A stretch of DNA of 64,000 bases from an uncultured Acidobacteriota bacterium (GCA_963788605.1 CAWBHD010000015.1:26739-90738), one strand, 5' to 3'. Shown: positions 52,892 through 63,563, numbered from the stretch's first letter. Notes: generated by a model not told the origin, from the letters alone. Numbers and translations: made by a program.

Positions 52892-54932
52892 ATGATCCAA
52901 CGGACAGTCTTTGTACTCCTGGTTGCCACGCTCCCGGGACTCGCCTCCGAACCTCCTTCACCGCCCGCCTACGGCGTCCGCATGGAAAACACATGGATCC
53001 CGATGAAGGACGGCGTGCGCCTCGCGGCAACGTTGTACATGCCGGACGGCGCTAAGCCAAAAGAGAAATTCCCCGCCATCCTCGAATACCATCCCTACCG
53101 CAAAGATGACGCCATGGCGTCGCGCGACTATGGGATTTACACCTACTTCACGCGTCGTGGCTACGTGTGCGCCCGGGTGGACATTCGGGGTTTTGGCACC
53201 AGCGAGGGTGTTCCGACCGACCGCGAATACTCAGAGCGGAGCAAACAGACGGTTTGCAAATCATTTCCTGGCTCGCGCACCAGTCCTGGTCGAACGGCAA
53301 TGTTGGAATGATGGGAATTTCATGGAGCGGGTTCAATTCCCTGCAGATGGCAATGCTTCATGCTCCTGAGCTGAAGGCGATTCTGGCGGCGGATGCTACC
53401 GAGGAATTGTTTCATGACGACATCCACTTCATTGATGGCATGGTCCATATCGACGAGTTCGAACTGAACATGGACATGGCGCCGGGCATGACGGGCGCAC
53501 CTGACTACACTCTGGATGAAAAAATTCTGGGGCCACGCTTCGAGGCCGCACCCTGGTCGCTGCTCTACCTGAAGCATCAGCGCGACGGCTCATTCTGGCG
53601 CAGCCCGGTCCGGCCGCTCAGCGAGATCACGATTCCCAGTTTCCTGATCGGCGGTTTACAGGATGGTTATCGCGACAGTATTCCTGCCATGCTCGAACAG
53701 ACCAAGGCGCCCATCAAGGCGATCGTCGGACCATGGAACCACGCCTTTCCCGACGAGGCCGACTTTGGTCCGCTTATCGACTGGCGCGATGAAGCAGTCC
53801 GCTGGTGGGACTACTGGCTCAAAGGCCGCGACACCGGAGTCCTGCAAGATCCGAAGCTGGTGATTTACATGCAACACTGGCATCCGCCTGATCCGAAGCT
53901 GGAAACCGTGCCCGGCGAGTGGCGACGCGAAGAAGGCTGGCCACCTCGCGATGTTACGCAGACAACACTGTTCCTTCAGCCCGATCACACGCTCGCCGCA
54001 TCCCGCAGCCTCAACGGCCTCCCACCAACTCGAAGTACATTCCATCGGTCGGGGTGCAGCAGGGTTTTTGGTGGGGCGAATTGCTCAATGATCAGCGTCC
54101 GGTTGACGGCTACAGTCTCGTCTATGATTCGGCGCCGCTGCAGAACGAGATGGCGATCCTCGGCCGGCCGCATGCGCGCTTGCAAGCCTCCGCCACCGCG
54201 CCTCTGGCGGACTGGTTCGCCAGGCTCTCGGATGTTGCTCCTGACGGCACCGTCACCCAAATCACGGGCGCCGGATTGAACGGCGCGCAACGCGATTCGA
54301 TGAGTGAACCGCGAGATCTCGAGCCTGGCAAGGTTTACGCATTGGACATCTAGATGCACCTGACCTCGTGGGTCTTTCCCAAAGGCCATCGCATACGCAT
54401 AGCAATCTCGAACGCCCTTTGGCCAATGGTTCTGCCAACTCCGTACCCGATGACTACGTCGCTGGAGCTCGGCGGAGGTCACGGCTCGCGATTAGTCCTT
54501 CCAGTCGTGCCGGTGCATGGCGCTTCGCCTCCCGTTTTCCGGTTACCGCAACCGTCTGAAGAACGGAAGGACATTCAGAGTGTTGGCGAAATCCTGCCCG
54601 GCGATTGGGCGACAACCCGCGATGAAACCAATCACAAGACCACGGCCAATTGGCATGGAAAATCAGAAACCACTTACCCCTGGGGCAAGGAAATTGACTA
54701 CGAGAGCCTGAGCTGGGACATCGACGACGCACACCCGGAGACCAGCGCGGTTCAAGGCGAAGCCAAAAGCGTTTTTGAGTTGAAGGGCCGGGTGCTGACC
54801 TGGCAGGGACACTTGTCCGTCACCACTGATCCGAAGAATTTCTATTACAGGTACACGCGGGAACTGTTGAAAGATGGCCAGATGGTGAAGCAGAAAACGT
54901 GGCAGGAAACAATCCCGCGCGACCATCAGTAG
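52892..54932 (+). pseudogene. CocE/NonD family hydrolase (S15 X-Pro dipeptidyl-peptidase-like), secreted; at least 2 frame shifts plus one in-frame TAG as assembled
   Basis: ATG 52892 gives MIQRTVFVLLVATLPGLASE. The gene continues in 53167..54279 (GMMGISWSGFNSLQMA) and 53919..54353. ORF 54354..54932 is in the same frame, separated only by TAG at 54351-54353 (...KVYALDI*MHLTSWVFPKGHRIRIAISN). Confidence 0.8.
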
Positions 54933-54939
54933 AGAAAGC

Positions 54940-56077
54940 TTAATCCGCCGCCGCAGCTGTGTCTCCCAATCCGGCCCTCAGATCCGCGGCCAGCAACCGA
55001 TGGAATAGGTGTTCCCCGGCCTCGCGCCGCACTGACAGCCTTCCCGCGCCATAGGCGCGCGACTTCAACCCGCGCTGAACGGCCTCGCAGATTCCCAGAT
55101 CTTCTTCCTGAACTCGTGCGCCCACTGCAACGCTCTGTTGGTTGTAGTCACGATGCGGTCTCGCTGACGTCGCCAAAATAGAAATCGAAAATCACGCGGC
55201 AGTGATCAACGTCCACGGGCAGCACCAGGTTTGTATCCATATAACCTTCGTAGCAGTTGATCATCAGATTTGGGTACTGCCAGAAGTACCACGCTCGATC
55301 ACCCTTGCGGGTTGCACCGGTCGCGGCGTCTTCGCTCGATGCCACCATGGGGCTCGATTGGAGGCAATACCGGTCTTCATTCTCGATGGTGTACTCCTTG
55401 TAATCGAGCACCGAGTTCAAGCCCTTGTGCAGATGGGGAACGTGATAGCCGCCGTCGAGGTAGTTGTCGACGAACACCTTCCAGTTGCAATGGATGTCAT
55501 AAACGCGGCTATCGAAGTAATGCAGATTGCTGACTGCAAGCGGCGCCATTCGCGCGACTAACCCACCCAGAAAATCTCGTAATGGCACGGCCTCCGGATC
55601 GAGATTCACGAACACGAATTTTTCCCAAATCTCGGCTTTCACCGGCGTCAGACCATTTTCCTTGCGGTCGAAGTTTTTCACACCGTCGAACTCCGGCATG
55701 CCCTTCAGCGAACCATCCAGTCCATAATTCCAGCCGTGGTAAGGACAATGCAGGATGGAAGCCTGTCCGCAAGGTTCGGTGACCACGGCGGCGGCGTGGT
55801 GGCGGCAGACATTGTAGAATCCGCGCAAAACGCCGTCATTGCCGCGCACCACGACGATCGGTTCTCCCGCCACATTGGCGGTCACGAACTGTCCCGGCGC
55901 CGCCACCTGTTCCACACGTCCGACCATTTGCCATGTCTTGCTGAAGACCGTCTGGGCTTCGAGTTTCGCTACGCGTGAATCCACGTACCAGGGCGCGGGA
56001 ATGGTCGAAGCCTCCGCCAGCGGCGCGTTGGCGTCGTATGAAGCGAGAATGTTTTGCATCGAATCTGAAGTGATCAT
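54940..56077 (-). pseudogene. Rieske [2Fe-2S] aromatic-ring-hydroxylating oxygenase alpha subunit; one frame shift near the 3' end as assembled
   Basis: ORF 55148..56077 has the Rieske motifs CRHHAA and CPYHGW. The C-terminal block EDLGICEAVQRGLKSRAYGAGRLS is in ORF 54940..55176. Confidence 0.85.
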
Positions 56078-56131
56078 CTGGAATCGTAGTGCGCCGACGT
56101 CTTGCCGGGGGTCGCGATCAGCGATTGAAGC

Positions 56132-56821
56132 TCATGCTTGCGGTCCCGTTCCGATGGCCCTTCGCAGCACATCGAGAAACTGCGCGATACGCGCCTCTTT
56201 TTTCTCTACTGGATCGCCTTGACGGCGAAACAGTCCGGGATCGAGTTCCTCGATGAGGAGCGCATCCTGAAACCGCTCAACCACCCAATCGAGAATAGAA
56301 ACCACCATTTCGGTATCCAGATCCTTGCGAAGTTCGCCGCGCTCGAGCCCGAAGCGAACGAAATCCACGCGTCCGTACGGATCTTCGGCAATCAGGAAAC
56401 GATTGATTTCGCGTTTCAAGGCGAGATCCGTCCCATACTGCCCCAACAAATAGACGCGGTAGGGAATCCAGTCTTCGTGCACCATGTGCTCGGTGTGCAC
56501 CAACCAGTAGTGCAGCACTTCGAAGAAACCCTGCGCCCTGACATCGGCGGGCACGTTCAAATATGCAGAGAAGGAGCGGATCGCCTTCTTGTAGGCCTCG
56601 AAGAACAAACCATCCTTGCTGCCGAAGTGCTGGAAAATCGAACCCTTTGCGATACCCAGACCTGCCGCGATATCTCCAACCCTTGCGGCGTGATAACCCT
56701 GCTCGGCAAAATGACGCATGGCCGCTTCCACGATTTTTGCTCGCTTGCCTTCGGAGCGGGGACGTGAAGGCGCGTGCCGATATCGAGGCGGAGAAATAAG
56801 GCTGCTGCTGATCCCACTCAT
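56132..56821 (-). CDS. TetR/AcrR family transcriptional regulator
   Basis: 229-aa ORF with the N-terminal HTH KIVEAAMRHFAEQGYHAARVGDIAAGLGIAKGSIFQHFGSK. It lies directly upstream of the Rieske oxygenase gene. Confidence 0.9.
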   Translation of the reverse strand: MSGISSSLISPPRYRHAPSRPRSEGKRAKIVEAAMRHFAEQGYHAARVGDIAAGLGIAKGSIFQHFGSKDGLFFEAYKKAIRSFSAYLNVPADVRAQGFFEVLHYWLVHTEHMVHEDWIPYRVYLLGQYGTDLALKREINRFLIAEDPYGRVDFVRFGLERGELRKDLDTEMVVSILDWVVERFQDALLIEELDPGLFRRQGDPVEKKEARIAQFLDVLRRAIGTGPQA

Positions 56822-56825
56822 AGGC

Positions 56826-56838
56826 TGACCTCAGGTCA
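56826..56838. promoter_or_regulatory. 13-bp perfect palindrome TGACCTCAGGTCA, candidate TetR operator
   Basis: Arms TGACCT/AGGTCA surround a central C. The site begins 5 nt upstream of the TetR ATG. Confidence 0.35.
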
Positions 56839-57247
56839 TGGCAATGTACTCAATAACTGCTTGGAATTCAACTGTATTCTTCCGGCGCGGGGCACTGATC
56901 ATGGACATACACCACAGATTATTGACCGCTGGTCGTAAATCGGATTTGAAGTCTCAGTTTTCCTTTGTGGACGAAGGAAGGCCGGTCGAGATTGATAGGT
57001 TGGGGGAGGGGAAGCGACTTCGTAGGGAGGAACAACTACCCGGAGGCAACCCGGCCGGGATTGCTCATCAGAGCGAGAAAAAATCATTTAGAGGTCCCGG
57101 GACTTCCACCGGGAACGGGTCAGCAGCGGATCACCCGTTCGCGTTTATACGAATCTATTCCTCCCATGCCGTGGCAGTTGTCACCGCGGCATCACCAAAT
57201 TGTCATTTCTTTTTTACGTGCAAGGGGCCGCAATTTCGCTTCGTTGG

Positions 57248-57976
57248 TTAATGTCGTTCGTACGACGGACTGTCTGGCAGTGGGGGGGGATAGTCGCGCC
57301 CATACATATTCTGGTGCGTGGGTGGCGCGCTCGTTGCCGGCAGGCGCATCGCCCCGAGACTTGAAGCGTCTTCAGAAACCGTAACCTCTCGCGTCAGATT
57401 GTTCAATGCCTCAGGCAGGGTCTGTTCGTACCAGATGCGGAGCGTATAACGCCCCGGCGGCACCCGCGGAATGGTTACTCGCCCGCGCGGGTCTGAAATT
57501 CCGTAGTAGGGAGTGCTTACCGCGACGACTACCGCGCTCATTTCCGAGTGGATGTTGCAGAAGATGTAAGAAACGCCGGGCTTGTCGAAAACAACATTGC
57601 GCGTGCTCCCAGCCTCGTACAGGCCGAGATCAAAGCGTTTGCCCTCAAACAGCGAAAACACGTTGTGAAAAAATGGATCTCGATTAGGAAACTCCACCAC
57701 TGAGCCCACGGGCACAACCAGAACGTGGGGTTCGAAACTCTTATTTTTTTGAGCCAGGCGTGGGCGGGCCGGGCTTTGCGTCGACGAACCGGGAACCGCC
57801 GAACCCCCAATCGGCGTAAGCCAGAGCACCACGTTCCCTGCTCCCTGCGCCTTGCTCCTTTTCGCGCTGGTCACGAGTGCAACATCCGCCGTGACGGTTA
57901 CGTCCTGCGCCCGTGCGAAACCGCCGCAGGCTATCAGTACACTGAGGCAGAAGACGGTTGTTGTCTTCATCATCAA
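57248..57976 (-). CDS. secreted cupredoxin-like protein with amicyanin-type ligand spacing and a C-terminal CarboxypepD_reg-like domain
   Basis: 242-aa ORF with a signal peptide. Candidate type-1 Cu ligands are in FPNRDPFFHNVFS and CNIHSEM (C-x2-H-x2-M). The tail is RGRVTIPRVPPGRYTLRIWYE. The start overlaps the porin stop (ATGA). Confidence 0.7.
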   Translation of the reverse strand: MMMKTTTVFCLSVLIACGGFARAQDVTVTADVALVTSAKRSKAQGAGNVVLWLTPIGGSAVPGSSTQSPARPRLAQKNKSFEPHVLVVPVGSVVEFPNRDPFFHNVFSLFEGKRFDLGLYEAGSTRNVVFDKPGVSYIFCNIHSEMSAVVVAVSTPYYGISDPRGRVTIPRVPPGRYTLRIWYEQTLPEALNNLTREVTVSEDASSLGAMRLPATSAPPTHQNMYGRDYPPPLPDSPSYERH

Positions 57977-59553
57977 AACAAGATTCCCATCATCAAATTG
58001 AACTGGTCCGCGCTATTGCTGACGTCATCGAGTTGGAATGTCCGCAAGTGACGGTATTCCCCCGAAAAAAGCAAGCTGGAACGCGGGCGATAAATGAAGT
58101 TCACCAGAGTTCCACGATTCTGCACTAACAACGGCCTGCCCAAGTAAGGTTCACTGGCAACGGCAGCACGCAGTTCAGCGGTCGTGGGATCGTCCAATCC
58201 GAAACCAGCGTTAAGTTCGAGCGTTGGCGTGACTTTGAATTTCACCTGCGACCATCCACCGATCGAATCCAGTCCGTGTATGGCCGTCGCGGGACTGTTG
58301 GGATCGCCGTCATAGACCACGTCCTGACTGATATTGCCGCCAATTCCGGCAATCGCCCGGCCACGGTAGAATTCGCCCGAGAAAAACAACCGGGAAGCCA
58401 ACGGAATCTCCCAATCCGCCATGCCAGACCAGCCGTCGACGTAGCGATCATTGGGCCAATCCTGGCGGCTGTAGTAGCCGGCCGCAGCAAGCGTCAGAGG
58501 CTGTCCGAATACCGTATGCGTCCAGGCCGTCCGCAGTGCAAAAGCCGGCTGGCGTGACATCTCTCCGGGACCAGCCACGCGAAAATATCCGTTCGGAGGG
58601 AATCCGCCGGTAAGGTTGTCAAGTATCCCGCCTTGGATGGTTATGTTCTGGTCGCCGGAAATATCGAAGCGATGTTCGACTCGCACTTGCGGAGTCCATG
58701 CCCACAGGTTCCCGGCATAATTGAGCGCGGGCACGGCAAGAGACGCAAAGGAGGTCGGCGAAAGTGGCGCGATGAACAAGTTGTCTTGCCCGGCTACGAC
58801 CGACGTGTGTCCCCAATCCATCCGCATGCTGGCCGTACGCAGCCGGAAAATACCTGAGTTGACGCCGTTCCAGGTTTCGGTGAATCCACCTGCAAAATCC
58901 GCCTGCAAGTTCCCCGACGTCCTCGCGCCGAAAACAGTAGGACCGAACACTTCCAAGCCGATTTCAGACTGCCTCAGGGTTGCGCCGAGGCTTCCTGTTC
59001 CCGTGCTCGGTCCGGTCACAAAGCTGGGGAAATCCTGGTTGTCGACTGCGCCGTGAGTGTTGAAAAGGTTCAAGAGGACAATGCCAGAGAGACGGACGCG
59101 ATACTTGGACGCGCTTTCGACCTTGGTCTGATACTGATCGTTTATCTTGCTATTCAGCAGTTGCGATGACTCTTCGAGCGACTCCACGCGGGCCTGAAGA
59201 GTCTGGTTTGTTTTCGGGAGGTCGGCGAGGCCATGCGCATCCTCTTGAGCGGCGTTGGCGGATGCTGCCAGTGGATACGAATTCGCCGGGGGTGGCGAAG
59301 TTGCCGCCGCTGATGCGCCGTGGGTTTCCTGCAACTCATGTCGCAGTTGTGCATTCTCGGCCCGGTATTGTTGCGTTTCCGAGCGCATTTCGGCCACCGC
59401 CGAGCGCAGTTCCTTAACTTCCTGTTGTAGCGCGTGAATTGCCGCGGCAGTCGAATCGCTCTGAGGCGATGGCGCCGCTGCGCTTGATTCTTGTGACCAC
59501 CCGGAAACAGAGCCTGCCAGCAGAAACAACCCAGCCCAGCTCAGATTCCGCAT
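57973..59553 (-). CDS. outer-membrane beta-barrel (porin-like) protein with N-terminal coiled coil
   Basis: ORF 57973..59772. ATG 59553 gives the signal peptide MRNLSWAGLFLLAGSVSGWSQ. The coiled coil is AAIHALQQEVKELRSAVAEMRSETQQYRAENAQLRHELQE. The C-terminus is ...FNLMMGILF. Confidence 0.75.
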   Translation of the reverse strand: MRNLSWAGLFLLAGSVSGWSQESSAAAPSPQSDSTAAAIHALQQEVKELRSAVAEMRSETQQYRAENAQLRHELQETHGASAAATSPPPANSYPLAASANAAQEDAHGLADLPKTNQTLQARVESLEESSQLLNSKINDQYQTKVESASKYRVRLSGIVLLNLFNTHGAVDNQDFPSFVTGPSTGTGSLGATLRQSEIGLEVFGPTVFGARTSGNLQADFAGGFTETWNGVNSGIFRLRTASMRMDWGHTSVVAGQDNLFIAPLSPTSFASLAVPALNYAGNLWAWTPQVRVEHRFDISGDQNITIQGGILDNLTGGFPPNGYFRVAGPGEMSRQPAFALRTAWTHTVFGQPLTLAAAGYYSRQDWPNDRYVDGWSGMADWEIPLASRLFFSGEFYRGRAIAGIGGNISQDVVYDGDPNSPATAIHGLDSIGGWSQVKFKVTPTLELNAGFGLDDPTTAELRAAVASEPYLGRPLLVQNRGTLVNFIYRPRSSLLFSGEYRHLRTFQLDDVSNSADQFNLMMGILF

Positions 59554-59698
59554 CCAATCAGGCAAACCACTCCCTTGCTTCACAAATCGCCCTCCCTCCA
59601 ACAAGACTGCGGAAGTCCTTGAACGATGTTTAGTGAACCTGCGAGACGGTCTAGCACTATCTACTGATGTTGCGCGCGCACTTCCCAATCGGAAAATT

Positions 59699-61507
59699 TT
59701 ACTCCGACTCCACTCTTTTTGCTCGGGCGAGCGGTGGAGGCTCTGGCTTCCCTTCCCCACCACTGTCAGCACTAGCCGACGAAACGATGGGCAGAGTGAT
59801 CCGGAAAATCGTCCCTTCCTCGGACGTTTTCTCTACAACTACATCTCCTCCGTGATCCTGGACGATCTTTTGCACCACGGTCAATCCCAAGCCAGTTCCG
59901 TTTTCTTTACCGTAGCTGGTGAAAGGCTCAAAGAGCTTGCCTCGAATCGACTCCGGGATGCCGCGGCCATTGTCAGAAACGCGAATCTGCAATCCCCCCA
60001 ACACTTCGCGCAGATCGATGGTGATTCGGCCATCCTCGCCCGAGATCGCCTCACATGCGTTCAGCAGCAGGTTATAAAGAACCCGCTCTAGTTTTTTTGT
60101 GTCGAACCAGCCAGTGCTGTTTCCCTCTTGACGAACCGCAATCCGCACTGGATGGAATCGGGGATGAGTGCGCACAGCCTGTACCACACGGTCGGCTGAC
60201 TCCTTTACGCTTCCGTAGGTCCGCCTCAGGGATTCCCGGGTCCGGGAGAATTCGAGCAAGGAGTCAATGAGTTCGGTCATTTGGTTCACGGCGATCCGAA
60301 TTTCCTGATAGAGCTCCTCGCGCTGGTCAGTTGACAAGCGGCTTTCGCACAGAAATTCGGCATTGGCGACGATGGCTGCCAGCGAATGTCGCAAGTCATG
60401 CGAAACCGAACTGGCCATTCGCCCGATAGTTGCCAATCGCTCAGCATCCAGCAACTCCTGTTGGGTCTTCAGGAGGCTGTCTCGCATTCGGTTGAACGCT
60501 CCTGTTACCTCGGCGACTTCATCGCCGCCATGAGCGTCCAATTGATAGGTGAAATCGCCCCGTCCCAGAGCCCGCACACCAGCAACCAGATTCCCCAGTG
60601 GTCGCGTAAAAGTGTGAGAAATGAAAAACACCAGCGCGCTCCCGCCCAGAACCGCAGTGAGCCCCAACGCCAGCAGCAAGCGATTCAGGCTGTCCAGAAA
60701 AGCGGTGGCCTGGTCGTAAGACTTGAGCACACTCAAACGAACCGAAGGTGTTTTCTCGGTCGCAAGTTCCAGGGACGTCCCCAAGAAACGTTCATCGCCC
60801 AGTTGCACCTGTTCCGGCTCGGGAATGCCCGGGGAGGAATGGACAATCGGATGTCGTGAAAGCTCGGCCTCGTGCGTAGGATCGAGGGTGCTCCTCACAA
60901 TCGTGTCACCGTAGTAGAACGCTACCTGGCTGGCTGCGATCCGGCTCACCTGCGACGCGACGGTATCGTCGATTTCATAACCGATCACCAGGAATCCCAG
61001 CAGCTTGTTGTCAGCGACGGGGCCAGCATAAATCGGCTTGAGAAAGACCTGATACAGATGTCTTGCGCCGAACCACCACTGGCTGGAGCCTTCCTGTCCG
61101 AACGGACGGCTCAACGCCTGCTGCGCCATGTCCCGCGAAAATCCCGGGGTTGCGGTATGCAGCGCAACCACTTTGCCGGTTCGATCGGCCAGAACAAACA
61201 GGTCACTGCCGCCCAGTCTCCATAAGTCGGTAGACGCATCCTGGATGGTAGCTTCGTGTTGCGTGGTCATCAGCGCCCGTAAGTTAGGCAGGTCGGCGAG
61301 TAACTCCGCCAGGTGGGTTAGCGTAAGTTCGCGTTCGCGGTGGAAGTTCTGGTAGGTGCTGACTGAATTGTGAAGGTCGGCGAAAATGCTCTTTTTCACC
61401 TGGGCTTGCACGCTGCGACGGACCAGCAGGAGGCTGGTCCAGGTAAGGCCAGCGGTAATCAATAGCATGGAGAGCAGGAACTTGGTGCGCATCCGGAGTT
61501 TCGTCAC
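59699..61507 (-). CDS. sensor histidine kinase (periplasmic sensor domain, HAMP, HisKA, HATPase_c)
   Basis: 602-aa ORF with two TM segments flanking a sensor domain of about 260 aa. The H-box is SSVSHDLRHSL. N/G boxes are LLLNACEA, DNGRGIPE and GTGLGL. Confidence 0.9.
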   Translation of the reverse strand: MTKLRMRTKFLLSMLLITAGLTWTSLLLVRRSVQAQVKKSIFADLHNSVSTYQNFHRERELTLTHLAELLADLPNLRALMTTQHEATIQDASTDLWRLGGSDLFVLADRTGKVVALHTATPGFSRDMAQQALSRPFGQEGSSQWWFGARHLYQVFLKPIYAGPVADNKLLGFLVIGYEIDDTVASQVSRIAASQVAFYYGDTIVRSTLDPTHEAELSRHPIVHSSPGIPEPEQVQLGDERFLGTSLELATEKTPSVRLSVLKSYDQATAFLDSLNRLLLALGLTAVLGGSALVFFISHTFTRPLGNLVAGVRALGRGDFTYQLDAHGGDEVAEVTGAFNRMRDSLLKTQQELLDAERLATIGRMASSVSHDLRHSLAAIVANAEFLCESRLSTDQREELYQEIRIAVNQMTELIDSLLEFSRTRESLRRTYGSVKESADRVVQAVRTHPRFHPVRIAVRQEGNSTGWFDTKKLERVLYNLLLNACEAISGEDGRITIDLREVLGGLQIRVSDNGRGIPESIRGKLFEPFTSYGKENGTGLGLTVVQKIVQDHGGDVVVEKTSEEGTIFRITLPIVSSASADSGGEGKPEPPPLARAKRVESE

Positions 61508-61549
61508 GCCGACATCTCCCTGCGCTCCAGCATTTCGCTACCCTGGGGT

Positions 61550-62227
61550 TTACCGTACAAATTTGTAACCCATGCCATGAACCGTCCGGAAATGAATCGG
61601 ATTGGTCGGATCGCTCTCCAGCTTCTGACGAAGCTTCAGAATATGGTTGTCCACGGTACGGGTTGACGGATAATTCTGGTAACCCCACACTTCATTCAGC
61701 AATTCGTCCCGTGAGATCACCCGTTCCGCATTATGGATGAAGAACTTCAAGGTCTTGAATTCCTGGGCCGTGAGCACCACCAATTCCCGGTTGCGCTTCA
61801 CTTCCATCTTGGTGAAATCCACGGAAATTCCATCAAAGGTGACCACGTCTCCGGTTCCAGTCCGAACCGTACGCCGCAGTGCAGCCCGCACCCGGGCCAG
61901 CAGTTCCCTGGGGCTGAACGGCTTGGTCACGTAGTCGTCCGCTCCAAGTTCCAAAAGCAATACCTTGTCGGACACATCGCTGGCGGCACTCAGAACAATG
62001 ATCGGAACGGTAGGCGCCTGCTGCTTGATTTCGCGGCAAACATCGCGGCCGGACACAAGCGGCAAGCGCAAATCCAGCACAATCGCAGCCGGCACAGCCC
62101 TGCGGAATGCCTCCAAAGCTGACCGGCCGTCCGCACTGATTTCAATTTCGAATCCTTCCGTCTCAAACAAACGCTTTAGCGCTTTCTGCACCGCATGGTC
62201 ATCTTCAACGACCAGAATTCGCTCCAT
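61550..62227 (-). CDS. OmpR/PhoB-family response regulator
   Basis: ORF 61550..62323. ATG 62227 gives MERILVVEDDHAVQKAL. The receiver Asp is in AIVLDLRLP. The winged-helix C-terminus is ...VHGMGYKFVR. Confidence 0.9.
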   Translation of the reverse strand: MERILVVEDDHAVQKALKRLFETEGFEIEISADGRSALEAFRRAVPAAIVLDLRLPLVSGRDVCREIKQQAPTVPIIVLSAASDVSDKVLLLELGADDYVTKPFSPRELLARVRAALRRTVRTGTGDVVTFDGISVDFTKMEVKRNRELVVLTAQEFKTLKFFIHNAERVISRDELLNEVWGYQNYPSTRTVDNHILKLRQKLESDPTNPIHFRTVHGMGYKFVR

Positions 62228-62480
62228 CGTGTTTGCCCCTGAACCAAGGTACGGGAATGCTCTGGGCAGAGTGCCGGGGGCACGCTGTAGAGTCGCATCT
62301 CGGGTTGTTTCTACTCGCATCATAAAATACTCCGTAATCGTCAGTTTATGGCGTCAATACTGCTAAAGCTTACTACCACTTTGGCCACCAACTGACCTGC
62401 GGGACGAACTGTTGACAATGTTTTTACAATCTTCAGACAATTTGCAGACGTCGCCGCAACTGACGGCAGGAATTGACGTT

Positions 62481-63563
62481 TTACTCAGGGTTGGCCCTAT
62501 AGGACCATGCCACTGGCCCGCGATCCGCGCTTTTCATCTCCCGGGCAGTTTCGACCAGGTGATGAGTGGGGGCAAGCGAGCAGACTGGATCGGTCGCACT
62601 GGCATCGCCGGCCAGCAGAAAGGCCTGGCAGCGGCAGCCGCCGAAATCCTCTGCTCTGCGCTCGCAGCTTCGACAGGGCTCGGGCATCCACGCTTCTCCG
62701 CGAAAGCGCTGGAACGCGGAAGATTCCCGCCAAATCCATTCCAGAGGATGTTCTTTCACATTGTCAAATTTCATGCCTGGAATCACCCCCGCGGCATGGC
62801 AGGGTAGAACCTGCCCGGAGGGGTCAATCAACATCAGGCGCCGTCCCCATCCGCCCATGCATGCCTTGGGATAACGCGCATAGTAGTCCGGAACGACGCA
62901 ATCAATTCTCATGCGTCCCGAGAGCCGCTTCTCCGCTGCGTCGACGGTGCGCAGGCAGTTCTCAAGCTGCTCCTGGGTGGGCATCAACGCTTCCCGGTTG
63001 AGCAGGGCCCAGCCGTAGTATTGCGAGTGGGCAATCTCGAGACGATCGGGCTTCAGACCTTCTACAAAACCGATCATTTCGTCAAGGTGGTCCAGGTTCT
63101 GGCGATGTACAACCAGGTTCACGGTGAAGGCAACCCGGAACTTGCGAATCGCCTCCGAGAGAGCAATCTTGTGTGCGTGCGCCTTGGTGCCCGCAATCCA
63201 GTTCGCCGGTTCGTCCCTTGAATCCTGGAAACTCAGCTGAATATGGTCAAGCCCGGCGTCCACCAGAGCGGCCAGCCGTGTTTCGGGCAAGCCAATGCCC
63301 GAGGTGATGAGATTGGTATAGAGCCCGGCCGCATGCGCAGCTTCGACCAGATCTTTCAGATCCGCTCGCGCAACCGGCTCCCCGCCCGTCAGGTGGAGAT
63401 GTAGAATTCCGAGCTCTCGGGCTTGGTGAAACACGCGTACCCAATCCTGGGTCGAGAGTTCCGCCTTGGCTCCAATCATCTGCAGGGGATTCGAGCAATA
63501 GACGCAATGCAGGGGACAGCGATGGGTGACCTCGGCAATCAGCGCAAGTGGGTTCGGAGTCAT
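62481..63563 (-). CDS. pqqE: PQQ biosynthesis radical SAM/SPASM protein PqqE
   Basis: Intact 360-aa ORF with the radical SAM motif CPLHCVYCSNP, Cys-rich SPASM region at the C-terminus and pqqD directly upstream. Confidence 0.9.
   Translation of the reverse strand: MTPNPLALIAEVTHRCPLHCVYCSNPLQMIGAKAELSTQDWVRVFHQARELGILHLHLTGGEPVARADLKDLVEAAHAAGLYTNLITSGIGLPETRLAALVDAGLDHIQLSFQDSRDEPANWIAGTKAHAHKIALSEAIRKFRVAFTVNLVVHRQNLDHLDEMIGFVEGLKPDRLEIAHSQYYGWALLNREALMPTQEQLENCLRTVDAAEKRLSGRMRIDCVVPDYYARYPKACMGGWGRRLMLIDPSGQVLPCHAAGVIPGMKFDNVKEHPLEWIWRESSAFQRFRGEAWMPEPCRSCERRAEDFGGCRCQAFLLAGDASATDPVCSLAPTHHLVETAREMKSADRGPVAWSYRANPE

Noticed and set aside
54351-54353. TAG read as pyrrolysine or another recoding event.
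   Set aside because: There is no pyl gene context in the window and no reason to expect it in this lineage. The same gene also carries frame shifts. A simple mutation or base error is far more likely.
62412-62440. TTGACAAT / GACAAT repeats in the pqqE-regulator spacer as a plus-strand promoter.
   Set aside because: No plus-strand gene lies downstream, so it would only drive transcription antisense to pqqE. No acceptable -10 is at the right spacing.
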